Shown: piece by piece, positions 35,136-47,300 of the stretch
Layout of the letters: every line of letters begins with the position of its first letter
Position numbering within the stretch: position 1 is the stretch's first letter
Assembly (NCBI RefSeq): GCF_001194135.2
Contig: NC_068989.1
Location: 61,264,985-61,314,736 of the forward strand
Direction of reading: 5' to 3'
Origin: Octopus bimaculoides
Lineage: Eukaryota
Length of the DNA: 49,752 nucleotides
The notes under the pieces: generated by a model
Seen by the model: the letters and a program-made list of their open reading frames with translations, nothing else
Told to the model about the DNA's origin: nothing
The model's database searches: none
Program-made: the position numbers and the translations under genes

Positions 35136-37649
35136 CAACAGACAAGATGAGGACAAATATCCGTCAAATGTAAATAATTCCTCATCGCTTAAATATAGAA
35201 CTCGATTAAATAAGTACCAGCTACGGATTGGGGGTTTCTGTAATCGACTTAATCCCTTTGTGTGACCTTGTTTGTTCCCTGTATGTTTAGCCCCCTGTGG
35301 GTAATAAAGAAATAAATATATTTAATGAATTTCACTCTGAAATATTTAATTGCTCTTGGTCGTCTAATCTACCAATTTTTATTGTTCTTTTTTGTATTTA
35401 ATTGAGAATAAATCTGCCTGGAAATTTCAGTAATATCAGAAGAATCCTATTTATGTACCAGAACAAAATGTCTTGCTCGAAGCAATACGAGCATAAAATA
35501 TGGAGGAAGAATATCTTTATCTTCTTATCATCTTTATGTACATTGGTCTGAATTATTATATTGTCTGCATTATGTAACTTCTGATAACACCATAGAAACA
35601 TTTAAAAAAATCACTGGAAGATTAATTAGAGGATGTTAAAATTCTAAAATAGTTATTACTCAATATACCTGGGTTTAACTTTACTACCGAAATCGAAGCA
35701 CATTCTTTACAATCTGAATCAGTTACGTTGTGAGGCAAAGTGGAGTAACTGGAAGTTGGTATGAATTAGCTTAAAGATAACGCAATGCTACAATTATGTT
35801 TGTATAAGAGAGCTTGACCAAGAGAACATAGGGCATATTGACCAATCATTCTACTTGGGAAGGTAATATTGACCTGGAGATATGTATCTTCGATCGTGTG
35901 TTCGATCTTTACAGCAACGTATTCGCACAGAGAAGAAATGACTGGAGAATAAATTCGTACAGAAAAGAATGACTGGAAAATAAATTCATACAGAAAAGGA
36001 ATAACTGGTGAATAAATTATATTTTGAAAACTACGTTACAGTTTTCGAAATCACGCTTGTTGTTACAAAGCAGTTATTAGAAGCTTATGATGTTCACATT
36101 ACCACACATCTAAGTAGCTTTTAAGGTGGTATAAAGGCTGATTCGTTGGAGTATCAGACAAAGTAATCACGTCATTTATTGCAACTCCGAGTTCACAACG
36201 CAGCGAATTTGATTTTTCTGTTTTTTTTTTCTTTGCTTTGTATTCCATTAAAATTGATTAAAATATTAATATATGGCGTTGGATTAGTGGAAGTATACAA
36301 GTGTTGAAGTTGGATATTTTTAGGTATATGACATCCTTGCTTTTGCCTTGGACATCATACGTAGATTTGGTCTGCATGCGTACATACCTGGTAGTCATTT
36401 GCAAAAAAAGTACCCTGCCCTGCTACACTTTGACGAATTTTCTTGGCAAAGCAATGCCCATGACAGAAGTTGACTTAGATCATATAAATCTTCTAATNNN
36501 NNNNNNNNNNNNNNNNNNNNNNNNNNNNNNNNNNNNNNNNNNNNNNNNNNNNNNNNNNNNNNNNNNNNNNNNNNNNNNNNNNNNNNNNNNNNNNNNNNNN
36601 NNNNNNNNNNNNNNNNNNNNNNNNNNNNNNNNNNNNNNNNNNNNNNNNNNNNNNNNNNNNNNNNATATATATATATATACATATATATATATACATCTGT
36701 GTGTATTTAATTCAACACATACTTTTTCTGTCAGAATATAACAACCAAACTTGCTGGTATTAGCAGCCGATCTCCCTCCTACACATTGGAATCTTTGGAT
36801 AGATGTTGATATGCTTTGTGCAAAAGGAAAAGAGGGTTGTCAATAATTGGAAATCATCTGATATGTGGCCAACTCCATAAACTTCAAATGGGTTACGAGT
36901 GACGATGAGCTATTAAAATCATTGAACGAACTGCTGAAATAGCAGTTACAACTCCTCCAAATTGACATCATTGCTAATTAGTATGTAAGAAGATACTTAA
37001 ATTATGCAGTTCAACATAATCAGTAAAACAATAGGATGGTCACGGTTGGAATACCTTGTATGATAAACCTGCTCGCTCACAGATAATATACGGCTAAAAT
37101 GTAATAAAAGAGCGACAAAATAATATGAGGGACAGGGTATGTCGACGTTTTCAACAAAGGTATTCTCTGAAATATATATATGCAGTTGTGGTGTAGTTAA
37201 CAAACATATTCATTTTAATAAAAAATGACAGTCATAAATTGTGTGAGATTTTCTTGCACATACATATGCGTGTATAAATAAGCTCAATATATATTTACTC
37301 ATAAATATGTGTAAGCCTCTAAGTGGCTTTTTTAAGAAGTATTCCTCTGAACGGAGAATCCCCGTATAAAATTACATACGTTTTTATCGCTTGTTAAATA
37401 GCGGGAATAGAGCATTAGCCTTTATATGGATAATCGTATCAAATATCTATGTCTCATTATTATCACCGGATAGCTTTCTTCCTAATTAATCTAGGAATAC
37501 AAAGCAGATGAATAAAACAAAAACACAGGATAAGACTATATTCAATAAAACGTGTTTAGGCTAAAAGGGCAATTACTGCAAGCCGTGGTAAAGTTTATGC
37601 AGTTAATTGCTTACCGCCGATTATACACACATGCATTAGCTTCACTTTA

Positions 37650-37701
37650 TCTATCTATCTATCTATCTATGCATCTATCTACTTATCTGCCTACATAACC
37701 A

Positions 37702-37762
<61 letters not shown>

Positions 37763-37765
37763 ATA

Positions 37766-37844
<79 letters not shown>

Positions 37845-37870
37845 ATATATGCGTGTGTGGTGTGTGTGTT
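37650..37870. repeat. Compound microsatellite (CTAT)/(CTGT)/(CT)/(TA)/(TG)
   Basis: Read directly. Confidence 0.95.
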
Positions 37871-38332
37871 TATGTGTGCATGCATCTATGTATTTATGTA
37901 CGTGTCTGCGTATGACTTTGCGTATGTGTGACTGTATATACAGACAAAGGGAGAAAGATAGACAAAGAGCGAGAGTAGTAGTAGTAGTGGTAGTAGTAGT
38001 AACTAAAGACAAAATGAAAGGAAATTAATATATTTATGTCCAAATAGCATTTTTGCCAGCATTGTCTTTCGTAAATTTTATTCTGGCTTTCAGAATTAGA
38101 ATAATATGTCAGCATGAATTATTCTGAAGCAATCAATAGTCATAAAACCAACGACAGAGACAACTAGTTTGTTTGAACGCCCATTTTGTCCTCGATATAC
38201 ACACCTCACATAATATCATTTGAATGGGAAGCAATACTGCTGAATACAGCCAATTTAAAATGAGATTATTTCTGCGTAGGATGCACGACAAATCTACTCA
38301 ATTTTGATTATGTATTTAGACGTGTTACTAAT

Positions 38333-38541
38333 TCCGGCACAAGGACGGAAAATTTTAGAGAACGCATCTGTCAATTATAATGAGCCCCAGTGCTCAATTG
38401 ATACTTATCTTCTAGATCCTTTAAAGATGAGCAGCAAAGTGAACCTCGATGGAATTTGAACTTAGAACATAAGGACATGCGTGAAGCCGCTAGGCATTTT
38501 GGTGCCCGGCCCGCTATCCATTTTGCCAACTGGCCTCCTTA
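38333..38541 (-). mobile_element. Degenerate family A SINE
   Basis: CCGGCACAAGG...CCCCAGTGCTCAATTGATACTT...GAACCTCGATGGAATTTGAACTTAGAAC...GCCAACTGGCCTCCTTA. Confidence 0.8.
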
Positions 38542-38550
38542 AATATAACT

Positions 38551-38848
38551 GCCCTCTCGGTTACGAGGATGTGGGTTCCAGCTGATTCTATCAGGAACAA
38601 CATACTCTTGAAATTACCTAGAAAGTAGTTCAGCACTCCACAAACACGCACACACTTAATATTGTTCCCAGGCAGATTCAGCGTGACACAGAACGTGACA
38701 AAGCTTCCCCTTTGAATTAAAGATAATACTCATTTCTCACAGCTGAATGGACTGGAGCAACATGAAATTAAGTGTCACCGAGAATTGAACACCGAATTGA
38801 ACTCGTGACCTTACGATCATAATCCGAATTCCTTAACGACGCGCCCTC
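38551..38848 (-). mobile_element. tRNA-derived SINE (family B, ~300 bp)
   Basis: The minus strand has a tRNA-like head (GGCGCGTCGTTAAGG...ATCGTAAGGTCACGAGTTCAATTC), a central TTTCATGTTGCTCCAGTCCATTCAGCTG, and a tail ...GGAACCCACATCCTCGTAACCGAG. Confidence 0.75.
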
Positions 38849-39399
38849 ATAATTTCAAGTATATATCATCTGTGGATAAAATTTAAAATTGATGGTATCA
38901 ACAGTAGAAACATGAATGGCTCGCAGGCAAATGCCATTATTTATTTATAAATTATAAATTTGCACGAAGCATAAAGATGCATTAAAGCATACACCTGCTA
39001 GAAATAAGAGGTAATTTCTTAATTAAACCACCGTACAGCACGAAGATAAGAGAGAAATAAGAGTAGGCGGGGAAATGGAAAGAATTAATACATTCAAAAG
39101 CACAACTATAAAAGATTATGCAATTTAGGACATCCACATACCTGAGTTTCGGCTTTTGGAAATTTAATCCTTGAGCCTCTCCAGTGTGAACAATCGCGCT
39201 TGAAGTAATACTGACACGGCCACATAATATAAGTGATATAAAGAACTGCAAAATCATTGTTTCTCTACAGAACATGTTAACTCATATTTCTTTCACGGAG
39301 TGAGAAAACAAAATACATACTTATTAAGGACATTTTAGCTCAACATTTGCCGGTATGTTAATTATTTTAAGAGATTTTCCTAATAATTTACGTAAGGTG

Positions 39400-40575
39400 T
39401 GTTGGTCATACTATGCCACGAGACATTCACTTCTTGTTTGCGCAAAGCACCGTCGCTCTACACAATATTTTGTTAAATATTTAACCTGTACTCGATTAAC
39501 AATGTGTTGGGGTTGTAATATTCCTCTTCCACAGGGACACTTAATAAATACGTGTTGCGCGTCGGCACCAACACCACTGTCAGAACACCGCTGCACACTA
39601 AGACTATAATTGGTAGAAGACCATAAGAATACTACCGACTATCTGGGAATTCAAATGGTGAACGAGCTCTATTTGTACTCTTATACGTTCTTAACAGAAC
39701 ACACCACAACTGACTATATATATATAACAAAGTAAAATAGCAAGTACCGCACGAGTGAAAATATATAGAGAAGAGGATTTGAAAATGCAGAGGTCTTTTT
39801 AAAGACCAACTAGATTCACGCTTGTAATTATATGTATAAATATATATATTCCTATCATCCTTCAAATAAATTCAGCTCTATTTATAGTTTATTAACACTA
39901 CTACCTTTCTTTCTTATTATACATTTTTTCTTTTTATTACTATTTTTCGAACCCCACCATCACCATCACCACCACCCCCTACCGGTTCCTTTCTATCCTG
40001 ACACTGAACACAACTATAACTGCCTCCCTTTCCTACTTCACTTTATCTCTTCACACTCCTTTTCTCCACATGTCCATTTCTTTACAACCCTATACTTCCA
40101 CCCCAACTTCTTTTTTTCGTTCTCTCCTGTCCGTATATCTGACCTCACAATCTCTTACACATTTTCCTCTATTCATCTTGCACCACTACCTTCATTACTC
40201 CCTTAACTATTTCCTCATCCTTCCTTCCTGTCTTATGGCTTAATATCACAATCCTACACATATCTTCCACTCACTTCGGGCTGTCTTTTAAGTAAACAAT
40301 ACACAGAGTAAACTGGATGCGAAATTATGTATATCTACCAATATAACTATAATCATCACTGGAAAAATATTCACACGGATTCTATACATGGATATTTACC
40401 TTTGGAATGGAACTATACTCCAAGCACTTTTTCTTCTTTGTTTTTTCTTCTCCGTTTCGCTCTCATTTCTTACTGGAAATCTCCTCATACAAATTTAATA
40501 ATCCTTAACTTCTACTATTGCCGTCTCCGATGAAGGGATACATTGAATTTTCCCTGAAACAGCTGTAAGACATTG
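39400..40575 (+). mobile_element. Probable degenerate PLE 3' end (GIY-YIG-like patch, 3' UTR and hammerhead)
   Basis: ORF 39355 contains FVKYLTCTRLTM..G and PLSEHRCTLRL, loosely like NvIYcItC..C..YIG and RfxEH. The region ends in a hammerhead motif of the kind found in PLE pLTRs. Protein similarity is weak. Confidence 0.35.
40523..40571 (+). ncRNA. Near-intact type I hammerhead ribozyme motif
   Basis: Stem I GTCT (40523-26)/AGAC (40568-71); core CCGATGA (U4C); stem II AGGGA (40534-38)/TCCCT (40551-55); GAAA (40556-59); stem III AC/GT around the loop AGCT (palindrome ACAGCTGT); cleavage triplet GTA. Confidence 0.8.
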
Positions 40576-41154
40576 TACATAAAATATAAATTTGTTTATA
40601 CCATTGATCTCTTTATCTCATTTATANNNNNNNNNNNNNNNNNNNNNNNNNNNNNNNNNNNNNNNNNNNNNNNNNNNNNNNNNNNNNNNNNNNNNNNNNN
40701 NNNNNNNNNNNNNNNNNNNNNNNNNNNNNNNNNNNNNNNNNNNNNNNNNNNNNNNNNNNNNNNNNNNNNNNNNNNNNNNNNNNNNNNNNNNNNNNNNNNN
40801 NNNNNNNNNNNNNNNNNNNNNNNNNNNNNNNNNNNNNNNNNNNNNNNNNNNNNNNNNNNNNNNNNNNNNNNNNNNNNNNNNNNNNNNNNNNNNNNNNNNN
40901 NNNNNNNNNNNNNNNNNNNNNNNNNNNNNNNNNNNNNNNNNNNNNNNNNNNNNNNNNNNNNNNNNNNNNNNNNNNNNNNNNNNNNNNNNNNNNNNNNNNN
41001 NNNNNNNNNNNNNNNNNNNNNNNNNNNNNNNNNNNNNNNNNNNNNNNNNNNNNNNNNNNNNNNNNNNNNNNNNNNNNNNNNNNNNNNNNNNNNNNNNNNN
41101 NNNNNNNNNNNNNNNNNNNNNNNNNNNNNNNNNNNNNNNNNNNNNNNNNNNNNN

Positions 41155-41200
<46 letters not shown>
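41155..41200. repeat. (TA)n-(GA)n microsatellite
   Basis: Read directly. Confidence 0.95.
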
Positions 41201-41203
<3 letters not shown>

Positions 41204-41718
41204 ACAAACTTACTGGGATTGCATAACTTCAAAGCATTAGGTGGTGTTACAAGGTATGGTGTTACAAGACCGACAGCTGTTTCAGTGTCTCGGAGTTACA
41301 TCCTTACTTCCTAATGTTGGCAAATGTCGTACTCCAGAACTTTGCAACTGGTAACGGATGCAAACAAACACAAGAAAACAAACAAACAGCCTTCTTCATC
41401 AGCGTCGAGAGAAAAGCATTTATGTTAGAATGTAGAATAATTTCCTGCAAAATTTCATAATTACAAAAATAGTTCAATTACAATTAGGAAAGCATCGTAT
41501 GTAAGGCTAACACATATCTTCTGTCAGACAAATTAAGTAGTTCTGTATTTACCCTGTTGTTACCTAGATGAAACATCAATGTAGCGTTAAAACAATCAAC
41601 CTTCCTGCAGGCAGTCTGATGCGAAATTAAATTGGTTATTTGTACATTCTAGAATATTTATTGAAACGAATCTCAAATAAGTTTTCTATTGTTACTTCAT
41701 AAGATTGTGAGGAATATA

Positions 41719-41754
<36 letters not shown>

Positions 41755-43038
41755 TGCGTGCGCGCGTGTTCCAAGGAATCTCTCAATTATATGGTTAGCT
41801 AATGAAGAAAATGAAACATAAATACTATCCAACCTGCTCGTTATTTCAAAAGTATTTTTAATGCACGCCTAAAAATGCTAATCACTGCGGGACGATATAA
41901 CAAAAACGCCCGAGGACAGGCAGTAGAGAGAATTTCACTTAGATCTTAATGAAATCACTTATTGATTAGATATATGAAGGAATGCAATTACTGGGACGAT
42001 TTAATTAATATTAAATTACTGTTAAGATTAAAATAATGGAATTTTTCAATCGGCAAAGAAAGGAAATATAATTAAAACGATTTCAGATTAAAACGTTCTT
42101 TGAAACAAAATATCAGTTAATGCTTTTGTTCTTTTTGTTTTCTTTTTCATCTGCAAGAAAGCGACCCGTCTTCTAAACTCTCTGGATTGGAGAAAGGTAA
42201 TTTGTTGATGAAAGAATATTTACATTTTTAAAATAATTTAGGAATGACCTCTTTTGACCAGGCACAAAGCTATTTTGATTGGACAAGTGATAGGTTTGAT
42301 GGAATTGATTGCTTGTTTAGCATATATCTCATGCAGTTGATAAAATTTGTAGATCATATTTTCGATATCCGATATATGATCTACAAAATATTCTTTTGGA
42401 CAAACAACATAGTTTGAAGAATAAAGAAAAAAGTGATGAATCACCATTAGCATATCCTTCAAGTTAAAATCCTTGTATTCTATTATAATTAAAAAATCGA
42501 TCTGTAGGAAATCAATATTAGAAATTGAGTAAGCTGGAAAATAATAATATTGCTTTTAATACGAGTAATATGAAAGAGGGATTGGAAATTTGAAAATACT
42601 CAGTGTACGAGAGCAAATATTTTCTTTTAAAACACTCGATAATAAAATCCGATAATTGATTTCAGACGTAAGTACTCAAAATAATATGTATAGCAGGAAG
42701 TATGACGTTACAAATCTTTTTCTGCGGTTTATGAAAACAACTTGAATGAAAAGTGAAGACAACACTACAATTTAACTTACCTAAGTTGCATTAATAATAT
42801 TCTCGATGTTTATACAAATCGTAGATATAAGTGGAACGTATTCTATCAAACTTCCACTTTATCTGAATCTAAGAAGGATGTAAATAGGCAAATTGACTTA
42901 GATTTTTAACGGGATTGAATGGGATACATACATTTTAGTGGATGAAATATAAGAGAAGTAACGTCCAGTACTACGTAATTTAAGTGACAAAGGGTAGCAT
43001 TAAAGTAATTTTAGTAATTCAGAAAAAACAGCATTTGC

Positions 43039-43039
<1 letters not shown>

Positions 43040-43080
<41 letters not shown>

Positions 43081-43182
43081 GTATCTATCTATCTGTCTGT
43101 CTATCTGTCTGTCTCTCCCATACACATACTCTCTCTTTCTTTCTCTCTCTCTCTCTCTCTCTACACACACTCACACACCCAT
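43040..43182. repeat. Compound (CTAT)/(CTGT)/(CT)/(CA) microsatellite
   Basis: Read directly. Confidence 0.95.
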
Positions 43183-44438
43183 AGATGCATATCAGTTTAT
43201 AAAGTGAGGAGGATTATCATGAGAATATGAAAGAGAAAGAGAAAGGGAGGAAAGTGATATTTTCTATCACAGTTGCAAATTTTAAAATTAAATGAAAATT
43301 TTCAAATTTGGCATATTGATGTACTTTTGAACGACCATCCGAGTTTGGAATTCATTTATCCCAGAAAAAATTCAGTAAAATGTTATAAAAGTTTTGCCCA
43401 TTCATTTCCACTCAATCAGAAAATTGGAGTTTTGTTGTGATAAAATGAAAGTAAACATTAGAAGAGATTTTAAACAAAAAGAAATTATGTGTGAGAGTTA
43501 ATATATGAACAAAGAGAGTGAGTGATAGAGTATGGTAGATATATACAGAGAGATAGTTTGAAGGCGATAGAGAGTAGGAGAGTTGTAGCTCTAAAAGTTG
43601 AGATATTTCTCATAGCAAATTCCATTTTGTTATTATTTACGAACGATATTGTCTGTGGCACGCAGAATTCGAAAATTAAATTCGTTTTGCTCGCGGATGC
43701 ACAGTTTCAGAGCCATTTTACGCTCAATACATGATTAAATACATTCGCATATACTCGCATACACTCGCATTTATATAGTATATAAGTGCGAGATCAACTT
43801 GATTTTGGACATCACGATTTGTCTAAGTACTGTTTGAGTCACTATAGGAGATTTGACTATACACATTTAAATACGTGTTAGAAAATTTCGCCAAAACAGG
43901 AATTTGTAAAGTAATTTTTACAATTTGCTAGGAATTTCAATTAAAGCATTTCTATTGTTTTATTCAAATTAATACATTATGTAATGTCTTAAATGCCCAT
44001 AAGATTTTTAAAGTTCAAGAAATAAAATAGGTAGGTATGATTGGATAGCTGTTGTTTAAAAGGAAGATTAATGAGGAACGGGTGGAGAAACAAGGAATTG
44101 CATGCAAAATGATAGTTTTATATTAAATACATGTCGATAAAATTTAACAACAGATTATAGAATTATAGAATCTTAGTAAGTTAAAATTGTTTTTGAGAGA
44201 AGTGTTTAACTTCCGAAATGTGTATGTTCTGTTTATGCTTGCGTTGTCGCATGTCAGTTTGTAATGTAGTTATGTGTATATTATTTTGGAAGGAAAAGAT
44301 TACTGTTGGAGAAAATAAATATGTATGTATACACACATAAAACCACATACCCACGTACACAAAAACACACATATACAAACATGTCTATGCACATACACAC
44401 ACGCAGACAGACATACACAGGCGCGAGATCACGTGTGT

Positions 44439-44492
44439 CAAGGTGCATGGTTTAATGATTAGGCAAGTTGCAGTCACTATCGCAGGACGTCT
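44439..44492 (+). mobile_element. Short degenerate SINE head (family B-like)
   Basis: AAGGTGCATGGTTTAATGATTAGG...CAGTCACTATCGCAGGACGTC resembles a tRNA A-box head like that of 38551-38848. Confidence 0.35.
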
Positions 44493-44604
44493 TTGCTTAA
44501 ACTTTGAATAAAACATTTCATTTCAGACTAAGCTAAATGGGCAACTATGCGACGGACTACACATCCGATCATGAAAATGTTGTCTTGCCAATATATACAT
44601 CTAA

Positions 44605-44609
<5 letters not shown>

Positions 44610-44653
<44 letters not shown>

Positions 44654-44696
44654 NNNNNNNNNNGTGTGTGTGTGTGCGTGTGTGCGTGTGTGTGTT
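44610..44696. repeat. (TA)n-(TG)n microsatellite spanning a 10-N gap
   Basis: Read directly. Confidence 0.95.
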
Positions 44697-45252
44697 TATG
44701 TACTGTAATGTACCTACACTAGCTAGCGTACATTGTGATTGTGCTCCGAGAATTAGCAGTGAATGCCACTCTCTCTCAGTCTCTGTATCGGTTTAGATAT
44801 CGGATACTATTTATTAGTTATGAACGTAAAGATATAATTGGTTATCATTCTTCGTTTTTCAGAATCCTTTCGAGATGTGTCTTACATTTTCAAATACAGG
44901 AAATCACTAAATGTACTACCTTTTAATGACAATGGATTCCCTCCATGATATTCATGCCAATAATTTAGAACACTATGCTCATCATACCAGATCGGAAGTA
45001 TAATTTTCCTGGTTAATTAGTCATATTTCCAGCGGAATATGTATACAACTTGAATTTTTTAAATTCAAATATTAATAATAAGATTCATCTTAATAATTAA
45101 TGCTGTCTCCATCAGTCTCTCAGATTCATGACCTTATTAATATAGATGCATTATCACCACATCACACGATTTTGATATACACTCCCCTGTCTTAAGTTAC
45201 AATCATAATAGAATTTAAAATATTCTATTAGATCAATACATACATACATACT

Positions 45253-45304
<52 letters not shown>

Positions 45305-45849
45305 TATGCATGCGTGTCTGTGCGTTGAAGCTGAGAAATAAATTTGCAAGGTTACCTATCGGCACATATACATACAGTGGTGTATGTGTGTGAATGTGTG
45401 TGTTCCACGTTCGTGTGTATGTTTATATTCACATTAATTTTACTGATGGCACAATTTTATGATTTCCAAAATGAAACGTTGTTGACACCAACTCACTTCC
45501 TATATTAGAATGAGAAAACAAAATAATTATTTTATATACAATGCTCAGTTACAATATGACTTGTCGGAAAATATTAAAATAAGGGACGGTAAGCAGCCAA
45601 AAGTACGTTCACATTACACAAAATAAAATGATAAAACACACAAAAGTGAACATTAAAAAGTTCAACGAATTTAAAAGATTGCACAGGCACATCAAGAGTA
45701 GCATTAGAGAATTTCATGAGGTACTGGATTCTAGAACGCTACAGTCTCTCGGCTGAATTGACAAGTGACATGTGTAATTTATTCCCTGCCTCCACAATTC
45801 TGAGTATGCATAAATGCTACTGAAAGTCTTGAAAGCGCCGCTAATTTGG

Positions 45850-47300
45850 GATTATGCAAGCATGTCTACGAGTGATAGCTATATTTAATTCTAAAAAGGT
45901 GGTCAAAGTTATAGTTGGAAAAGATAGATTTCCTTGTGGGTTTTTACCATCTGAGCCACTGGATGCCAAAACTTCCTTGCATCGATATCGAGAAAAAAGA
46001 ATACATTCAATAAGTGGTGACCGAGATACGGTATTTGTCTGATTGAACATCTCTGGTAAGCTTCCAGTAGATCGATACTTCAACAAGATATGTGTTTCAG
46101 ATTAGAGATGTAATCGCTAAGTATGGAAGTACCCTAGCGGGTGGCAATCTGTGACAAATCTTACTCACAGATGCTACAATACCTTCGGGGTTTAATACGG
46201 TTTTGAAAATGTGATTCGTCCAACGCAGGTGATTGTTAACAACAATGTCTAGTTTACGATCACTAGCAAATCATTCAAGTAGATGAGGTACATTAGTCCA
46301 AGTATCTGCATCATCTTTTATCTTTCCTTCCTTACTATCTATCACTGGCACATTCTTAGATATTAATTGAGAATATTGAGTACAAGTTCTCTGTAAGATT
46401 TGAAGTCTTCTATATCAATCTTCAGAATTATGAAAACGAGTATTTTCTTCGATACTTTTACTAAAATTAAACAGTAGATTTAATTTGCTAGGAGCGGATG
46501 GCATAAAATACATAATACGTATAGCTTTTATTCTTATTGTTTCAAGTTGATGTCGATTTCGAAGGTTTTATCTTTTTTGAAATGTGAGAAATACTGCTTC
46601 GCCCGCCCTGAGTGTATTCCAATATGAAATTGACTATTATATTTATAAAATTTATCAGAGGTTCGATAGTATTATGTGTCTCTGTATTCACGGAATGCAT
46701 AAAGCATAAATATATATAAAAAGTATATCGAAACCGATAAGGAATCTTAATATTGTTCGTAAATTTGTTGCTGTAAGTATGCCATGGCAAGCTGAGAATA
46801 AGTTGGGGCAACTGTTATTACCATAGCGGTCCTAGATTTCCCTTTAGATTTTGCTGTTACAGTAAAATTAGATATTTAGGAGGATGGACTTTTGTAAAGT
46901 ATTGAATATTTTCATACATACGGGAATATTGTACATTTTTCAAGCTAGAATTTAATTATTTCTTTTACGTATACATATATGGAACCTCAGTCTAGGTTGA
47001 TTTTACCAGAGAATTGCGAAAAGTTTACATGTGAAACCAATACAATGGGCAGGTAGTTCAGTTGATTGAACATCTAGATACGCACGGTTGAACGGGATGG
47101 TGATCCATTATTAATATTGTTGTCAAAGTATTGTAGCATGTTCACAGAGGAAAGTTTACACGACGAAAATGACAGTGCTTCTATGATTTCGCACACATTC
47201 GTAGACTCCACGTAATATTGGGAATAGATTCTGAAATTTATGAACATTTTACAATGCTGACGTAAACGTTCGCTAAAATATTTGAGCAAAACTGATGTGG
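45850..47300 (-). mobile_element. Ancient CR1/L2-type LINE reverse transcriptase remnant
   Basis: Ordered minus-strand patches: NILANVYVSI (NxYFxSVF), DGSPSR (PGPDG), HGILTATNL (QxGF..TNL), IYLCFMHSVNTETH (IYLDFxKAFDxVxH), DIVVNNHLRWTNHI (DLGVxVDxxLxWxxHI) and IDLLEAYQR (DIDLLExVQR). Heavily decayed. Confidence 0.5.

Larger units (their letters stand above)
33963..35201 (+). mobile_element. Penelope-like element, 5'-truncated, with inverted pseudo-LTRs
   Basis: ORF 34098..34703 reads YMEYFE...WLQCVDDTF (YVDD)...QFTMEKEKDNQLTFPDVLI...TSVYRKLTFTGRHFNFNSHNP..KRGII, a PLE RT C-terminal half. Downstream, RLYKGKICLPLKISVDEHRKA is a GIY-YIG remnant. Inverted repeats lie at 33973-34098 and 35055-35178, and there is a perfect 12-bp TSD. 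Confidence 0.92.
33829..35312 (+). mobile_element. Family A SINE split by a PLE insertion (5' part 33829-33962, 3' part 35202-35312)
   Basis: Head AAGGCGGCGAGCTGGCAGAATCGTTAGCACGCCGGGCGAAATGC...GAGTTCAAATTCC with A/B boxes. The body resumes at 35202 and ends ...GGGTAATAAAGAAATA. The 12-bp duplication TCGATTAAATAA is at 33951-33962 and 35202-35213. Confidence 0.93.
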
